From Candidatus Aminicenantia bacterium (GTDB lineage: Bacteria > Acidobacteriota > Aminicenantia > UBA2199), in the NCBI GenBank assembly GCA_965225955.1, contig CBDDBX010000009.1, forward strand, positions 68,880 through 132,879: a DNA stretch of 64,000 nucleotides. The letters run 5' to 3'. The translations under genes were made by a program, and so were the position numbers. This document shows, in pieces, positions 20,499 to 29,866 of this stretch; the stretch's first letter is position 1; each line of letters opens with the position of its first letter. The notes under the pieces were generated by a model. That model ran no database searches. It saw nothing but the letters and a program-made list of their open reading frames with translations, and was not told the DNA's origin.

Positions 20499-21608
20499 TT
20501 GAGCAGAAAAAAACGGATTGCAGTTGACTGCCGTATGGTTGAACATTCTGGTATAGGAAGGTATATACAGATGATCATGCCGTTTCTGGCAGAAAATTTT
20601 AAAGTAACTACAATGGGGTGCGCTGAATTGTTGTCCGGGTATGACTGGTTTGATAAAGACAGGCATATAGAACTGAAAAGTAACATATACAACCCTCTTG
20701 AACAGATTGAATTATCTTTTAAGATTCCTGCTACAGATCTGTTCTGGTCTCCACATTTTACTGTTCCGGTGTTTTCCATAAGAGCAAGAAAGCGGGTTGT
20801 AACAGTTCATGATATGTTTCATCTGAGATATATTGAAGACTTTGGTGCTGCTGCAACCTGGTATCTGAAGCTGCTTTTCAGTAAGGTTTCAAAATCAGAC
20901 AGAGTAATAACGGTGTCAGAGTTTTCCAAAAGAGAGATTGATGCTCTGACTGATACACCGCCAGATAAAATTGAAGTTATTCATAATGGCGTTGATACAG
21001 AAAAGTTTGGGAACTCTACAGTAGAACCGGAAATTCAGGGGCAGCAGATGCCGGAGCAATATCTTTTATATGTTGGAAATGTTAAGCCTCATAAGAATCT
21101 CAAAAGGCTTGTTAAGGCTTTCAGTGATATTTCCGATGAATTCCCTGATATGAAACTGGTTATAGCAGGAAAGATGGATGGCTTTATAAATGGTGATCCT
21201 GAACTCAGAAATATAATAGAAGAAAACTCTTCACTAAAAAGCAGAGTGATTTTTACAGGGTATGTAAAAGAAGAGATGCTGCCCGCTCTCTACAGAAAAA
21301 GCAGTGCTCTGGTTTTTCCTTCAATATATGAAGGGTTTGGGCTACCTCCACTCGAAGCAATGGCAGCAGAAGTACCGGTAATAGCGGCAGACTCAGCAAG
21401 TATCCCCGAGGTTTGTGGTGAAGGAGCTCTCTATTTTGACCCTGAAAGTGAAGGTGATATAGCAGAAAAGATCAGTAAGTTACTTAAAGATAAGAACCTT
21501 GCTTCTGAACTTGTTAAAACAGGGAGACTTGTAGTGAATGGATTCCGGTGGAGTGCTTCGGCATCAAAGCATGTTGAACTCTTTAAAGAATTACTTAAAG
21601 AGAGTTAA
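20499..21608 (+). CDS. Family 4 glycosyltransferase (GT-B, 'glycosyl transferase group 1')
   Basis: TTG start with an AGGAG RBS. 'EGFGLPPLEAMAAEVPVIA' motif. Confidence 0.75.
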   Translation: MSRKKRIAVDCRMVEHSGIGRYIQMIMPFLAENFKVTTMGCAELLSGYDWFDKDRHIELKSNIYNPLEQIELSFKIPATDLFWSPHFTVPVFSIRARKRVVTVHDMFHLRYIEDFGAAATWYLKLLFSKVSKSDRVITVSEFSKREIDALTDTPPDKIEVIHNGVDTEKFGNSTVEPEIQGQQMPEQYLLYVGNVKPHKNLKRLVKAFSDISDEFPDMKLVIAGKMDGFINGDPELRNIIEENSSLKSRVIFTGYVKEEMLPALYRKSSALVFPSIYEGFGLPPLEAMAAEVPVIAADSASIPEVCGEGALYFDPESEGDIAEKISKLLKDKNLASELVKTGRLVVNGFRWSASASKHVELFKELLKES

Positions 21609-21640
21609 CCGGAGTGATATGTTACACTCCGGTTTCTATT
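21608..21640. terminator. Bidirectional intrinsic terminator
   Basis: accggagtg-atatgtta-cactccggt hairpin followed by TTCTATT. It lies between convergent genes. Confidence 0.6.
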
Positions 21641-21648
21641 ATTATTGG

Positions 21649-22110
21649 TTATAGGCTATTTTTGAAATCTACAAGAGCTTTATAGTGCTCTCTCTCTTCA
21701 TTAATGAGGCTCTTAATCTGAAGTTCCTGAGACTCTGAAATAAAAGGTGAAATTTCCTGATAGAAGAGTATTGTGTCAAGTTCTCTTCTCATAGCAAATT
21801 TTACTGCATCAACAAGAGTTTCCACTTTGTCAGCTTCTTCCTGCTGAGCCTGCTCGTTGAACAGGTTATCTGCAAAGCTTCTAAGATACTCATCGTAAAA
21901 TTCATAGTTTTCTATATCTGCAGTAAAGTCTCCTGCAGTTGTTTCCAGTCTTTCAAATAGTGCTGCATGGTTGACCTCTTCGTCAGCAAGGTGAGTGAAA
22001 AACTCTTTGTGTTTCGGATCATCTACTCTTTCAGCCCATTTACGGTAGAATACTTCTCCCATTTTCTCTATTCTTACAGCCTGTTTTATTACCTGTTTAA
22101 ATCCCAGCAT
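21649..22110 (-). CDS. Rubrerythrin/ferritin-like diiron-carboxylate protein (no rubredoxin domain), copy 2
   Basis: Two E...ExxH motifs (ADEEVNH, EEREH) in a 4-helix-bundle-sized 153-aa protein. Confidence 0.55.
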   Translation of the reverse strand: MLGFKQVIKQAVRIEKMGEVFYRKWAERVDDPKHKEFFTHLADEEVNHAALFERLETTAGDFTADIENYEFYDEYLRSFADNLFNEQAQQEEADKVETLVDAVKFAMRRELDTILFYQEISPFISESQELQIKSLINEEREHYKALVDFKNSL

Positions 22111-22120
22111 AGTTTACCTC

Positions 22121-22570
22121 CTAATTATCAATAAGTACTTCGTCTTCATAAAGTTTTTCGAAGTGTAGTTTATGTCTTGCCTCTTCCTCTGCAAGTCTGT
22201 AGAAGATTTTTCTGGTGTCTTCGCTTGTGGAGTTTTCAGCAAGGTATTTATAGAGATTAAGTGCTCTCTCTTCTCTTTTCATTGCGATGAGAACGATATC
22301 CTGAAAAGTCATCTCATCCTTCTGCTCAGGTTCTTCAAGGTAATCGGACATCTTCAGAGTATCAAGATTGATTGAAGGCCGTTTCTCTTCGAATGAATCC
22401 CTCATGGATTCAAGAAGTTTTGCATGACCTCTCTCCATGGCTTCATACTCTTTAAGCATCTCCAGCTGTCCCTTGAATGCTGCATGAAACTGAAGCTCTT
22501 TATAGAATTCAGCAGCTTCGTGCTCGCGATCTATGGCAAAAGAGATAATTTTATCAAGTTTCTCATCCAT
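22121..22570 (-). CDS. Rubrerythrin/ferritin-like diiron-carboxylate protein, copy 1
   Basis: AGGAG RBS before MDEKLDKII. ExxH motifs (MERGHAK, EEEARHK). The ORF-track start at 22654 is probably too early. Confidence 0.55.
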   Translation of the reverse strand: MDEKLDKIISFAIDREHEAAEFYKELQFHAAFKGQLEMLKEYEAMERGHAKLLESMRDSFEEKRPSINLDTLKMSDYLEEPEQKDEMTFQDIVLIAMKREERALNLYKYLAENSTSEDTRKIFYRLAEEEARHKLHFEKLYEDEVLIDN

Positions 22571-22589
22571 ATCTATTTCTCCTGATTGA

Positions 22590-22970
22590 TCAGCTCTTCC
22601 AGAAACCGTGCAGGTTACAGTATGCCCGGGCATAAATGTCAGCCCCCTCAACATTGAATACTGCTACAGGTTCTTCTCCCGGATTCAGATACTTCAGATG
22701 GCTTGTAGAACCTTCAACCAGTTCTATCCATTCAATATAGTGTCCGTCAGTCATTGGATGAAGTACTGATCCTACTTTTACTGTAACTCTGTTACCTTCT
22801 CTTTCAATTACAGGAACATGCTTTTCTGTTGCAGCATCTGTAGTATTTTCTGTTAATTTAACCATATCCTGTCCGCAACATACCATATGACCTTTTGCAT
22901 CATGCAGTACGCTTGCTATAACTCCACATCTTTCGCACTTGTAAACATCCATCTTCTTGTATTCCATCAT
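22590..22970 (-). CDS. dfx: Desulfoferrodoxin (2Fe superoxide reductase)
   Basis: N-terminal desulforedoxin CxxC...CC (CERCG...CCG). C-terminal SOR-centre His/Cys ligands. 126 aa. Confidence 0.8.
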   Translation of the reverse strand: MMEYKKMDVYKCERCGVIASVLHDAKGHMVCCGQDMVKLTENTTDAATEKHVPVIEREGNRVTVKVGSVLHPMTDGHYIEWIELVEGSTSHLKYLNPGEEPVAVFNVEGADIYARAYCNLHGFWKS

Positions 22971-22999
22971 TTCCTCCTTAATGAAAAAATCGTATTAAT

Positions 23000-23986
23000 C
23001 TATTTGACAATACCTCTGAAGGTTTTGAATAGATAGCGTGTATAATACAGAACAAGGGGAACACCAATAGCAGCAATTATCAGCATTACAGTCAGAGTCA
23101 GCTGGGATGATGAGGTGTTGTAAATAGTCATGTCCAGTTCAGTGCCGTTATTTGCTCTCACAAGCACTGGGAAGAGCATTGAGCCTACACAGCCCCATAG
23201 TCCTGTAATCATAATTGACGACATAATAAATGAGCTCTTTGCTTTTCCTGATGAGGTGCGGAACCATGCTGTCAGGGAAATCACTATTGAAACCCACAGA
23301 AGAGGTCTTGAATATATACCTTCCGGTAACTGCAGGAAACCTGTGATAAGCATCAGAGCGAAAACAGGTAGAAATACCATTCTGCTTAGTTTTTTTACCT
23401 TTTCAGCCCGTTCTTTTATCGGACCGTCGGTTTTAGTAGTTGTGTAGATACTGCCCTGCATGATAAAGGCAAGTAAACTTACCAGTCCCATCAGAAGAGG
23501 GAAGGGACGCAGGAGAGTAAAGAAGTTTCCGGTAAAGTTCATAGACTGATCAAGTGGAACTCCTACAATTATATTGCCAAGGGCGACACCAAAAAGCAGG
23601 GATGGCAAAAAACTGCCTATAGCAAAGCCTTTAAACCAGAACTCTTTCCCTTCTTCCAGATAGTGAATGAATTCTATGGAAACAGCTCTTATGATAAGGG
23701 CAAACAGTACCAGCATTATTGCCAGATAGAAACCACTGAAAACCGTTGCATAAACGTGAGGGAAAGATGCAAACAGGGCACCACCACCGGTTAAAAGCCA
23801 TACCTCATTTCCGTCCCAGTAAGGGCCAATTGCTTTCATAAGTTTCAGTTTTTCTTTTTCATTCTTTGCAACAAAGGGATAAATTGTACCAACTCCCAAA
23901 TCAAATCCTCCGAGAATAGAGTAGCCAAGAAGCAGTACCCCAACAAGAATAAACCATACAACTCTAAGTATATCTAATAGTTCCAT
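23000..23986 (-). CDS. cydB: Cytochrome bd ubiquinol oxidase subunit II
   Basis: 328-aa polytopic protein with a 'WDGNEVWLL' motif. Directly downstream of cydA. Confidence 0.85.
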   Translation of the reverse strand: MELLDILRVVWFILVGVLLLGYSILGGFDLGVGTIYPFVAKNEKEKLKLMKAIGPYWDGNEVWLLTGGGALFASFPHVYATVFSGFYLAIMLVLFALIIRAVSIEFIHYLEEGKEFWFKGFAIGSFLPSLLFGVALGNIIVGVPLDQSMNFTGNFFTLLRPFPLLMGLVSLLAFIMQGSIYTTTKTDGPIKERAEKVKKLSRMVFLPVFALMLITGFLQLPEGIYSRPLLWVSIVISLTAWFRTSSGKAKSSFIMSSIMITGLWGCVGSMLFPVLVRANNGTELDMTIYNTSSSQLTLTVMLIIAAIGVPLVLYYTRYLFKTFRGIVK

Positions 23987-24054
23987 TTTTTTCTCCTTAA
24001 TAGTTTCCGCTTGTCAGGGATTCCGGTCCTTTTTTAACTATCTGTTTGAAGATT

Positions 24055-25323
24055 TTAAGGAAAATCACAAAAATCAATGAGTATACAATTACAAAAAAGT
24101 ATCAGAGTAGCAAGAATCTGCCATGCCGGTACAGTAGGGGATACAGCTGCTGAAGTTTTCATGATATTGTAAACAACCCAGGGTTGCCTTCCTACCTCTG
24201 CAGCCATCCAGCCAATTTCATTGGCAATGTATGGAAGAGGTATAGCCCATAATAGTAGTTTCAGGAACCATGGAGTTTCAGCAAATTTATCTTTTCTCAT
24301 CATGTATAAAGCAAGAAGCCCTATACCCATCATTGCAACTCCTGCAAAGATCATTATGTGATAAGAAACAAAGGAGAGTACCACCGGGGGTCTCTCATCT
24401 TTTGGAAAATCCTTTAAGCCGATTACTTTACCATCGGGATCAAAATGGATCATGTAGCTGAGCATTTTGGGAAGGCTGAACCAGACTGCAGTCTCTTCTT
24501 TCTCTTCGTCAGGCATACCAAGTACAGTATAGTCAACTCCTGTACCAGTTTCCCATACTCCTTCAAAGGCAGCCATCTTTGCAGGCTGGGTCAGAGCAAC
24601 CTGAACTGCATGGAAATGACCTGCTCCCAGCTGGATAAAGCAGGATATTGCAAATACCGGAAGAGCTATCTTCATAAGAAGTTTTGCAGAGTCAAGGGCT
24701 CTTTTTTTAAGAATATACCAGCCACCTATTGCTGCAGCTACAAGTGAACCGGTTATCCAGCCACCTATTATTACATGTATATATCTTGGTATTGTAGAGT
24801 GATTAATGGCGGCTTCAAAAAAGTCAGTAAGAACAGCTCTGCCTTCTACAATTTTATAGCCTGCAGGTGTTTGCATAAATGAGTTGGCTATAATAATCCA
24901 CAAACCTGACAGATGTGAGCCGAAACATACCATTATTGCTGCTACCAGATAAGCTTTTTTTGATACTTTATCTCTTCCAAAAATCAGAACTCCCAGGAAG
25001 ATCGATTCCATAAAGAATGCGAAAAGTCCTTCAGCTGCAAGAGGGGCTCCAAAAATATCCCCAACCATTCTTGAGTATTCAGACCAGTTTGTTCCGAATG
25101 CAAACTCAAGAGTTATACCTGTAGCAACTCCAACTACAAAGACAAGACCCAGTAACTTTATCATTACTGTTGATATCTTTTTGTACTCTTCTTTGCCTGT
25201 TTTATAGAACATCGCCTCAAGAAGAACTATAACCAGAGTCAACCCAAGTGTTGTGGGTGGGAAAATGTAGTGAAAACCCGCTGCAAAAGCGAATTGTATC
25301 CTTGCAAGTAAAACTGCTTCCAT
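24055..25323 (-). CDS. cydA: Cytochrome bd ubiquinol oxidase subunit I (short Q-loop type)
   Basis: 422 aa with a 'GRQPWVVY' motif and N-terminal heme-ligand region. Confidence 0.85.
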   Translation of the reverse strand: MEAVLLARIQFAFAAGFHYIFPPTTLGLTLVIVLLEAMFYKTGKEEYKKISTVMIKLLGLVFVVGVATGITLEFAFGTNWSEYSRMVGDIFGAPLAAEGLFAFFMESIFLGVLIFGRDKVSKKAYLVAAIMVCFGSHLSGLWIIIANSFMQTPAGYKIVEGRAVLTDFFEAAINHSTIPRYIHVIIGGWITGSLVAAAIGGWYILKKRALDSAKLLMKIALPVFAISCFIQLGAGHFHAVQVALTQPAKMAAFEGVWETGTGVDYTVLGMPDEEKEETAVWFSLPKMLSYMIHFDPDGKVIGLKDFPKDERPPVVLSFVSYHIMIFAGVAMMGIGLLALYMMRKDKFAETPWFLKLLLWAIPLPYIANEIGWMAAEVGRQPWVVYNIMKTSAAVSPTVPAWQILATLILFCNCILIDFCDFP

Positions 25324-25338
25324 TAATGCCTCCTGACT

Positions 25339-25722
25339 TTATTTATTACATTTATTGCATAAGCCTTTGAATATCATTCTCATACCTGTAACTGTAAATT
25401 CCCCTGTATCCAATTTTAACATAATATCTTTTTTATCTTTTGCATTCAATCGGATATCTTCAATAGAGTGGCATTTTACACAGACAGCATGTGAGTGAGG
25501 GGTAGGGTCCCAGTCGTATCTGGCGGGTCCATTCATGAAAGTCAGTTTGGATATATCTCCACTTTCACATAGTTGTTCAAGGTTACGATAAACTGTTGCA
25601 ATACTTATTTTTGGAAAAAGATCTCTCATCTGCATGTATAGTTCATCGGCAGTAGGATGTAATCTGCTGCTTCTTATTAACTTAAGTATTTCGTTTCTTT
25701 GTTTTGAGTTTCTTCTTTTCAT
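25339..25722 (-). CDS. Fur-family metalloregulator (PerR-like by context)
   Basis: 127 aa. HTH 'ISIATVYRNLEQL'. C-terminal CxxC...CxxC (CVKC...CNKC). Sits 15 bp upstream of cydA. Confidence 0.75.
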   Translation of the reverse strand: MKRRNSKQRNEILKLIRSSRLHPTADELYMQMRDLFPKISIATVYRNLEQLCESGDISKLTFMNGPARYDWDPTPHSHAVCVKCHSIEDIRLNAKDKKDIMLKLDTGEFTVTGMRMIFKGLCNKCNK

Positions 25723-25932
25723 TTTTCAATAATAGTAATTATTATCAATTTAAATATAAATAGATTAGAAACGTTTGTCAATAGTAAAAAATTTATATAA
25801 ATACTTTTTCATATTTTTTCTGCTACATGCTGAATAAAACGTTTTTATGTATATTCTAAATAGAGTGAGAGTGGGATCTGTAAGGGTGTTATGTGAAGTG
25901 GAAAATTTTTTCTTAAAAAAAAATTTTTTTTC

Positions 25933-25961
25933 TTGACAACACAAATTAGTTGGATTATCAT
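25933..25961 (+). promoter_or_regulatory. Sigma70-type promoter TTGACA-N17-TATCAT for ahpC
   Basis: Consensus -35 with 17-bp spacing. Preceded by a long A/T tract (UP-like). Confidence 0.45.
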
Positions 25962-25964
25962 GCT

Positions 25965-25983
25965 AATGATAACGATTATCATT
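25965..25983. promoter_or_regulatory. Fur/PerR-type box AATGATAAcgaTTATCATT
   Basis: Palindrome closely matching the GATAATGATAATCATTATC class. Overlaps the ahpC promoter/TSS and is divergent from the fur-cydAB-dfx operon. Confidence 0.55.
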
Positions 25984-26004
25984 AACAAAAAAATGGAGGA
26001 AAAG

Positions 26005-26565
26005 ATGTTAAAGATTAATGAAAAAGTAGAAAGTTGTACAGTTAAAGCGTTTCATGATGGTGAATTAAAAGAGATTAATTTAAAAGAGTATGACGGTAAA
26101 TGGAAAATCTTCTTCTTCTATCCTGCAGATTTTACTTTTGTATGCCCAACAGAACTGGGTGAAATGGCAGATTATTATGAAGAGTTTAAGAAAGAGGGAG
26201 CGGAAGTTTTCAGTGTAAGTACTGATACTGAATTTGTTCATCTGGCATGGCATAATGATTCTCCTACAATTAAAAAGATAAAATACCCAATGCTTGCAGA
26301 TCCCGCAGGTAAACTTAGCCGTTACTTTGGTGTGCATATCGAAGATGCCGGTGTAGCACTCAGAGGAACATTTGTAGTTGATCCTGATGGTGTTCTGAAA
26401 ATAGCAGAAATTCATGACCTGGGTATTGGAAGAAGTGCAAAAGAGCTTTTAAGAAAAGTAAGAGCTGCTAAGTTTGTACGTGAAAACGGAGAAGTTTGTC
26501 CTGCAAGCTGGGAACCTGGTGCAGATACACTGAAGCCTGGTGCTGATCTCGTAGGTAAAATATAG
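26005..26565 (+). CDS. ahpC: Typical 2-Cys peroxiredoxin (AhpC/Tsa family)
   Basis: GGAGG RBS before MLKINEK. Peroxidatic 'FTFVCPTE' and resolving 'EVCPA' motifs. Confidence 0.85.
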   Translation: MLKINEKVESCTVKAFHDGELKEINLKEYDGKWKIFFFYPADFTFVCPTELGEMADYYEEFKKEGAEVFSVSTDTEFVHLAWHNDSPTIKKIKYPMLADPAGKLSRYFGVHIEDAGVALRGTFVVDPDGVLKIAEIHDLGIGRSAKELLRKVRAAKFVRENGEVCPASWEPGADTLKPGADLVGKI

Positions 26566-26579
26566 GATAACCTTAATTT

Positions 26580-26603
26580 GCCGGCAGATTTCTTCTGCCG
26601 GCA
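26580..26603 (+). terminator. Hairpin after ahpC (weak terminator or attenuator)
   Basis: gccggcag-atttctt-ctgccggc. There is no T-tract on the + strand. Confidence 0.3.
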
Positions 26604-26676
26604 TGTGTAGTAAAAAAACGTGTCCTGAAGTATAATTATAGACTTAAATAGTTCAAACGAAATAGGAGAAGATGAT

Positions 26677-27183
26677 ATGATATCAAAAAAGATCGAGCAG
26701 TTACTGAATGATCAGATGAATTTCGAGATTTTTTCAGCTTATGTATACAGAGCAATGGGAGCATATTGTGATGTAAGAGATCTCTCCGGTTTTTCCAACT
26801 GGTTCAAAGTGCAGGCTCAGGAAGAAGAGATGCATGCAGAAAAGATTTATAATTTTGTTCTGGACCGTGGTGGAGAACCTGTATATAAAGGTTTTGGTGA
26901 CCCCGGACATGACTGGGAATCGGTTATTAAAGTATTTGAAGAAGCTCTCGGGCATGAGCAGGTTGTTACCGAAAGGTTTAACAATCTTATGACTGAAGCA
27001 GTTAAAGAAAATGATCACGCAACAAGATCTTTTCTGAACTGGTTTATTGACGAGCAGGTTGAAGAAGAAGCTACTGCTCAGTCAGTGGTAAATCAGCTGA
27101 AAATTTTAGGCGATAGTGGACACGGTATTCTGATGATGGACAGAGAAATGGCTGCCAGAAAGTTCGTGCCTGCTGCTGAGTAA
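26677..27183 (+). CDS. Bacterial non-heme ferritin
   Basis: 168 aa. Ferroxidase-centre residues 'EEEMHAEK' and 'EQVEEE'. Confidence 0.75.
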   Translation: MISKKIEQLLNDQMNFEIFSAYVYRAMGAYCDVRDLSGFSNWFKVQAQEEEMHAEKIYNFVLDRGGEPVYKGFGDPGHDWESVIKVFEEALGHEQVVTERFNNLMTEAVKENDHATRSFLNWFIDEQVEEEATAQSVVNQLKILGDSGHGILMMDREMAARKFVPAAE

Positions 27184-27209
27184 ATATATAAAAAAATCTG
27201 GAGTTGTAA

Positions 27210-28409
27210 ATGGGTAAACTAGACGCTGTAAAGATATCCGAGTCAGTATACTGGGTCGGAGCAATAGACTGGAATGTAAGAAATTTTCATGGATACAGAA
27301 CAGGAAGAGGAACTACATATAATGCTTTTCTGATTCTGGCTGATAAAATAACACTGATTGACACTGTAAAAAGCGGCTTTTTCAGTGAAATGAAGGCAAG
27401 AATTGCTTCACTTATCGATCCTGAAAAAATAGATTATATAGTATCAAACCATGCTGAACCTGATCATTCAGGATCAATGGTTGAGGCAATAGAGTGTTTT
27501 AAGCCTGAAAAGGTTTATGCTTCAAAAATGGGAGTGAAAGCTCTTAATCAGCACTACAATTTCCCAATTGATCTTGTAGCAGTTGCTGATAATGAAGTAC
27601 TGGACCTTGGTAATATGAATCTGACTTGTATTGAAACAAGAATGCTTCACTGGCCGGATAGTATGTTTACCTATCTTAATGAAGAGAAAGTACTCTTTAC
27701 TCAGGATGCATTTGGTATGCATCTGGCTTCAAGTGAGAGATTCGGGGATGAACTGCCATGGACTACACTTGAAAGATGGGCGAAGAGTTACTATGCAAAT
27801 ATTATAACTCTCTATTCACCTCATGTGAGACGATTACTGGAAAAGGTTGAACAATCCGGACTGGATTTCAGTATTGTTGCGCCTGACCATGGGCCTGTAT
27901 GGAGAAATACCGGCAACTTCACCAAACTTCTCGGACTATATAAAAAATGGTCTGACAGGGTTATGGATAAAAAAGTTGTTGTACTTTATGACACAATGTG
28001 GAAGGCTACAGAGACTATGTCACGATACTTTGAAGATGGTCTGAGAAAGGGTGGTGTTCAGGTTGTGTCAATGTCAATGACTCACAGTGACAGAAGTGAA
28101 GTTGCAGACGAACTGCTTGAAGCTGCAGGTGTGGTTGTAGGTTCTCCTACACTCAATAACAACCTTCTGCCTTCAATAGCGGATATTCTTGTCTATATGA
28201 AAGGACTCAAGTTCGGAACTCCGTACTCAGCTGTTTTTGGTTCCTATGGATGGAGTGGTGAATCAATTAAACAGGTTAAAGAGAAGCTTGAGGAGATGGG
28301 GACTGAAGTTGTAGGCGAAGTAAAGTGCCAGTATACTCCTGATGAGGAGACCCTCAGAAAGTGCTACGATATAGGCCTTGAACTGGCTGAGAAAATTAAT
28401 AAAAACTAA
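27210..28409 (+). CDS. Flavodiiron protein (rubredoxin:oxygen/NO oxidoreductase, FprA/ROO type)
   Basis: Metallo-beta-lactamase-like diiron motif 'HAEPDHSG' plus a C-terminal flavodoxin domain. 399 aa. Confidence 0.8.
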   Translation: MGKLDAVKISESVYWVGAIDWNVRNFHGYRTGRGTTYNAFLILADKITLIDTVKSGFFSEMKARIASLIDPEKIDYIVSNHAEPDHSGSMVEAIECFKPEKVYASKMGVKALNQHYNFPIDLVAVADNEVLDLGNMNLTCIETRMLHWPDSMFTYLNEEKVLFTQDAFGMHLASSERFGDELPWTTLERWAKSYYANIITLYSPHVRRLLEKVEQSGLDFSIVAPDHGPVWRNTGNFTKLLGLYKKWSDRVMDKKVVVLYDTMWKATETMSRYFEDGLRKGGVQVVSMSMTHSDRSEVADELLEAAGVVVGSPTLNNNLLPSIADILVYMKGLKFGTPYSAVFGSYGWSGESIKQVKEKLEEMGTEVVGEVKCQYTPDEETLRKCYDIGLELAEKINKN

Positions 28410-28429
28410 CTAAATTTGGGAGGCTAATT

Positions 28430-28591
28430 ATGAAAAAGTATGTATGTGATGTTTGTGGATATGTTTATGATGCTGAAACAGGGGATCCTGAAAATGGTGT
28501 AGAAGCAGGAACTGCTTTTGAAAATATTCCGGAAGGATGGCTCTGTCCTCTTTGTGGTGTTGGTGTTGATCAGTTTTCCGAGGATGAATAA
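28430..28591 (+). CDS. Rubredoxin (53 aa)
   Basis: Absent from the ORF track (under 60 aa). [14 protein letters not shown]...GWLCPLCGV carries both CxxCG knuckles. RBS GGGAGG upstream. Confidence 0.85.
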   Translation: MKKYVCDVCGYVYDAETGDPENGVEAGTAFENIPEGWLCPLCGVGVDQFSEDE

Positions 28592-28770
28592 TGGCTGATA
28601 CCGAAAAAGTACTTTCTGCTATGAAGGATGCCGGGAAACCTGTAAGACCTGGTGAAATAGCTGAAGCTACAGGTATTGATAAAAAAGATCTTACAAAAAT
28701 TTTCAAATCATTAAAGGAAGAAGGAAAAATTATCTCACCTAAGAGATGTTTTTACTCTCTTCCGGAATAG
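28591..28770 (+). CDS. Small (59 aa) winged-helix-like protein, hypothetical
   Basis: Absent from the ORF track. Its ATG overlaps the rubredoxin stop (TAATG). Translation [59 protein letters not shown]. Confidence 0.45.
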   Translation: MADTEKVLSAMKDAGKPVRPGEIAEATGIDKKDLTKIFKSLKEEGKIISPKRCFYSLPE

Positions 28771-28791
28771 AAAAAAATCTTAAATATAATT

Positions 28792-28813
28792 CGGGAGGCA
28801 ATATCGCCTCCCG
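28792..28813. terminator. Bidirectional intrinsic terminator
   Basis: cgggaggc-aatatc-gcctcccg hairpin. A-run on the + side and U-run on the - side. Confidence 0.55.
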
Positions 28814-28819
28814 GATAGA

Positions 28820-29080
28820 TTAATCTACTTGCAGAGTGACTCTTTTAGCTTCACAGCCGCTGATGAGATTCAGTTTTCTGCAGAACTCATCAAGTTTTGC
28901 TTCCTCTCCCATCATTTCAAGGATTATAAGACCAGTCTGGGTACAGTTGTCCATAACTCCATCGTGGATACCAAGGCGGGTTTTAATCATACAGCCCCAG
29001 CCAGTAAGAATTTTCTGAACATTTACTGCACTCTCTTTTCTTTCGTCCATAAGAATGGCTACAATCTCTCTTCTTTTCAC
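28820..29080 (-). CDS. Small ACT/NikR-C-like regulatory protein (resembles TM1266-type 'iron-only hydrogenase system regulator')
   Basis: GTG start at 29080 with a GGAGGA RBS gives an 86-aa protein, MKRREIVAILMDERKESAVNVQKILTGWGCMIKTRLGIHDG.... The ORF-track start at 29176 is probably too early. Confidence 0.4.
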   Translation of the reverse strand: MKRREIVAILMDERKESAVNVQKILTGWGCMIKTRLGIHDGVMDNCTQTGLIILEMMGEEAKLDEFCRKLNLISGCEAKRVTLQVD

Positions 29081-29314
29081 TATGAATCCTCCATTAATTT
29101 TTGAAATAACTCCTTTTTTATAGTACAGATTCACTTTTTTTTCAAAGGCATTTGTTTGTGGATGAATCCGGTACACAGTCCGTTTATATTCAAAAAGTTG
29201 AATTTGTAGGGTATGAAGAGAAAAGGTAACTGTTTTGGTTAAAATTTGTGTACATAATTTTTCTTTCGTTTGACAAAATTATGACAAAACACGCATACTT
29301 ATAACAGGACAACC

Positions 29315-29866
29315 ATGAACTTGTTGAAAAAAATTTTCAGGAACAGGTATGTTACTTACGGGTTTATCTTTGGTGCGGTATTTGCTTTTGGAGTTGCTTA
29401 TGCAATAAGCTCTGCAGTAAAGCATACCGGTGATGATAAGTTCTGCGGAACCTGCCATATAATGGATTTTGCTATTAATGCATATCATCAGGACGTGCAT
29501 GGGGGAAACAATAAAAACGGATTCAAGGCAGAGTGTACTGACTGTCATCTTCCTCATGACACAATAGTCAATTTTATTCTTACAAAAGGGTATAAAGGGC
29601 TTCATGATCCTATCTCCCAGTTGATAAATGATGAAGAAAAACTGGATTGGGTAGGGATTCTGAAGGACCGGGAGAAGTTTACCTACTCTTCAGGTTGCCT
29701 GAAGTGCCACGATCTTGATGCAATAAAAATGGAAATTCCCAAAGCCTGGCAGGCTCACAGGGATTTTAAGCAGGGTAAGGTTAAAAGCTGTATTGAGTGC
29801 CATAAACATGTCGGTCATAAAGATATTCTGGTTCATATAAAAAAACGTTTTGGAGGTGACAGGTGA
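29315..29866 (+). CDS. NapC/NirT/NrfH-family membrane-anchored tetraheme cytochrome c (quinol dehydrogenase)
   Basis: N-terminal TM helix and 4 CxxCH motifs (CGTCH, CTDCH, CLKCH, CIECH). 183 aa. Confidence 0.8.
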   Translation: MNLLKKIFRNRYVTYGFIFGAVFAFGVAYAISSAVKHTGDDKFCGTCHIMDFAINAYHQDVHGGNNKNGFKAECTDCHLPHDTIVNFILTKGYKGLHDPISQLINDEEKLDWVGILKDREKFTYSSGCLKCHDLDAIKMEIPKAWQAHRDFKQGKVKSCIECHKHVGHKDILVHIKKRFGGDR

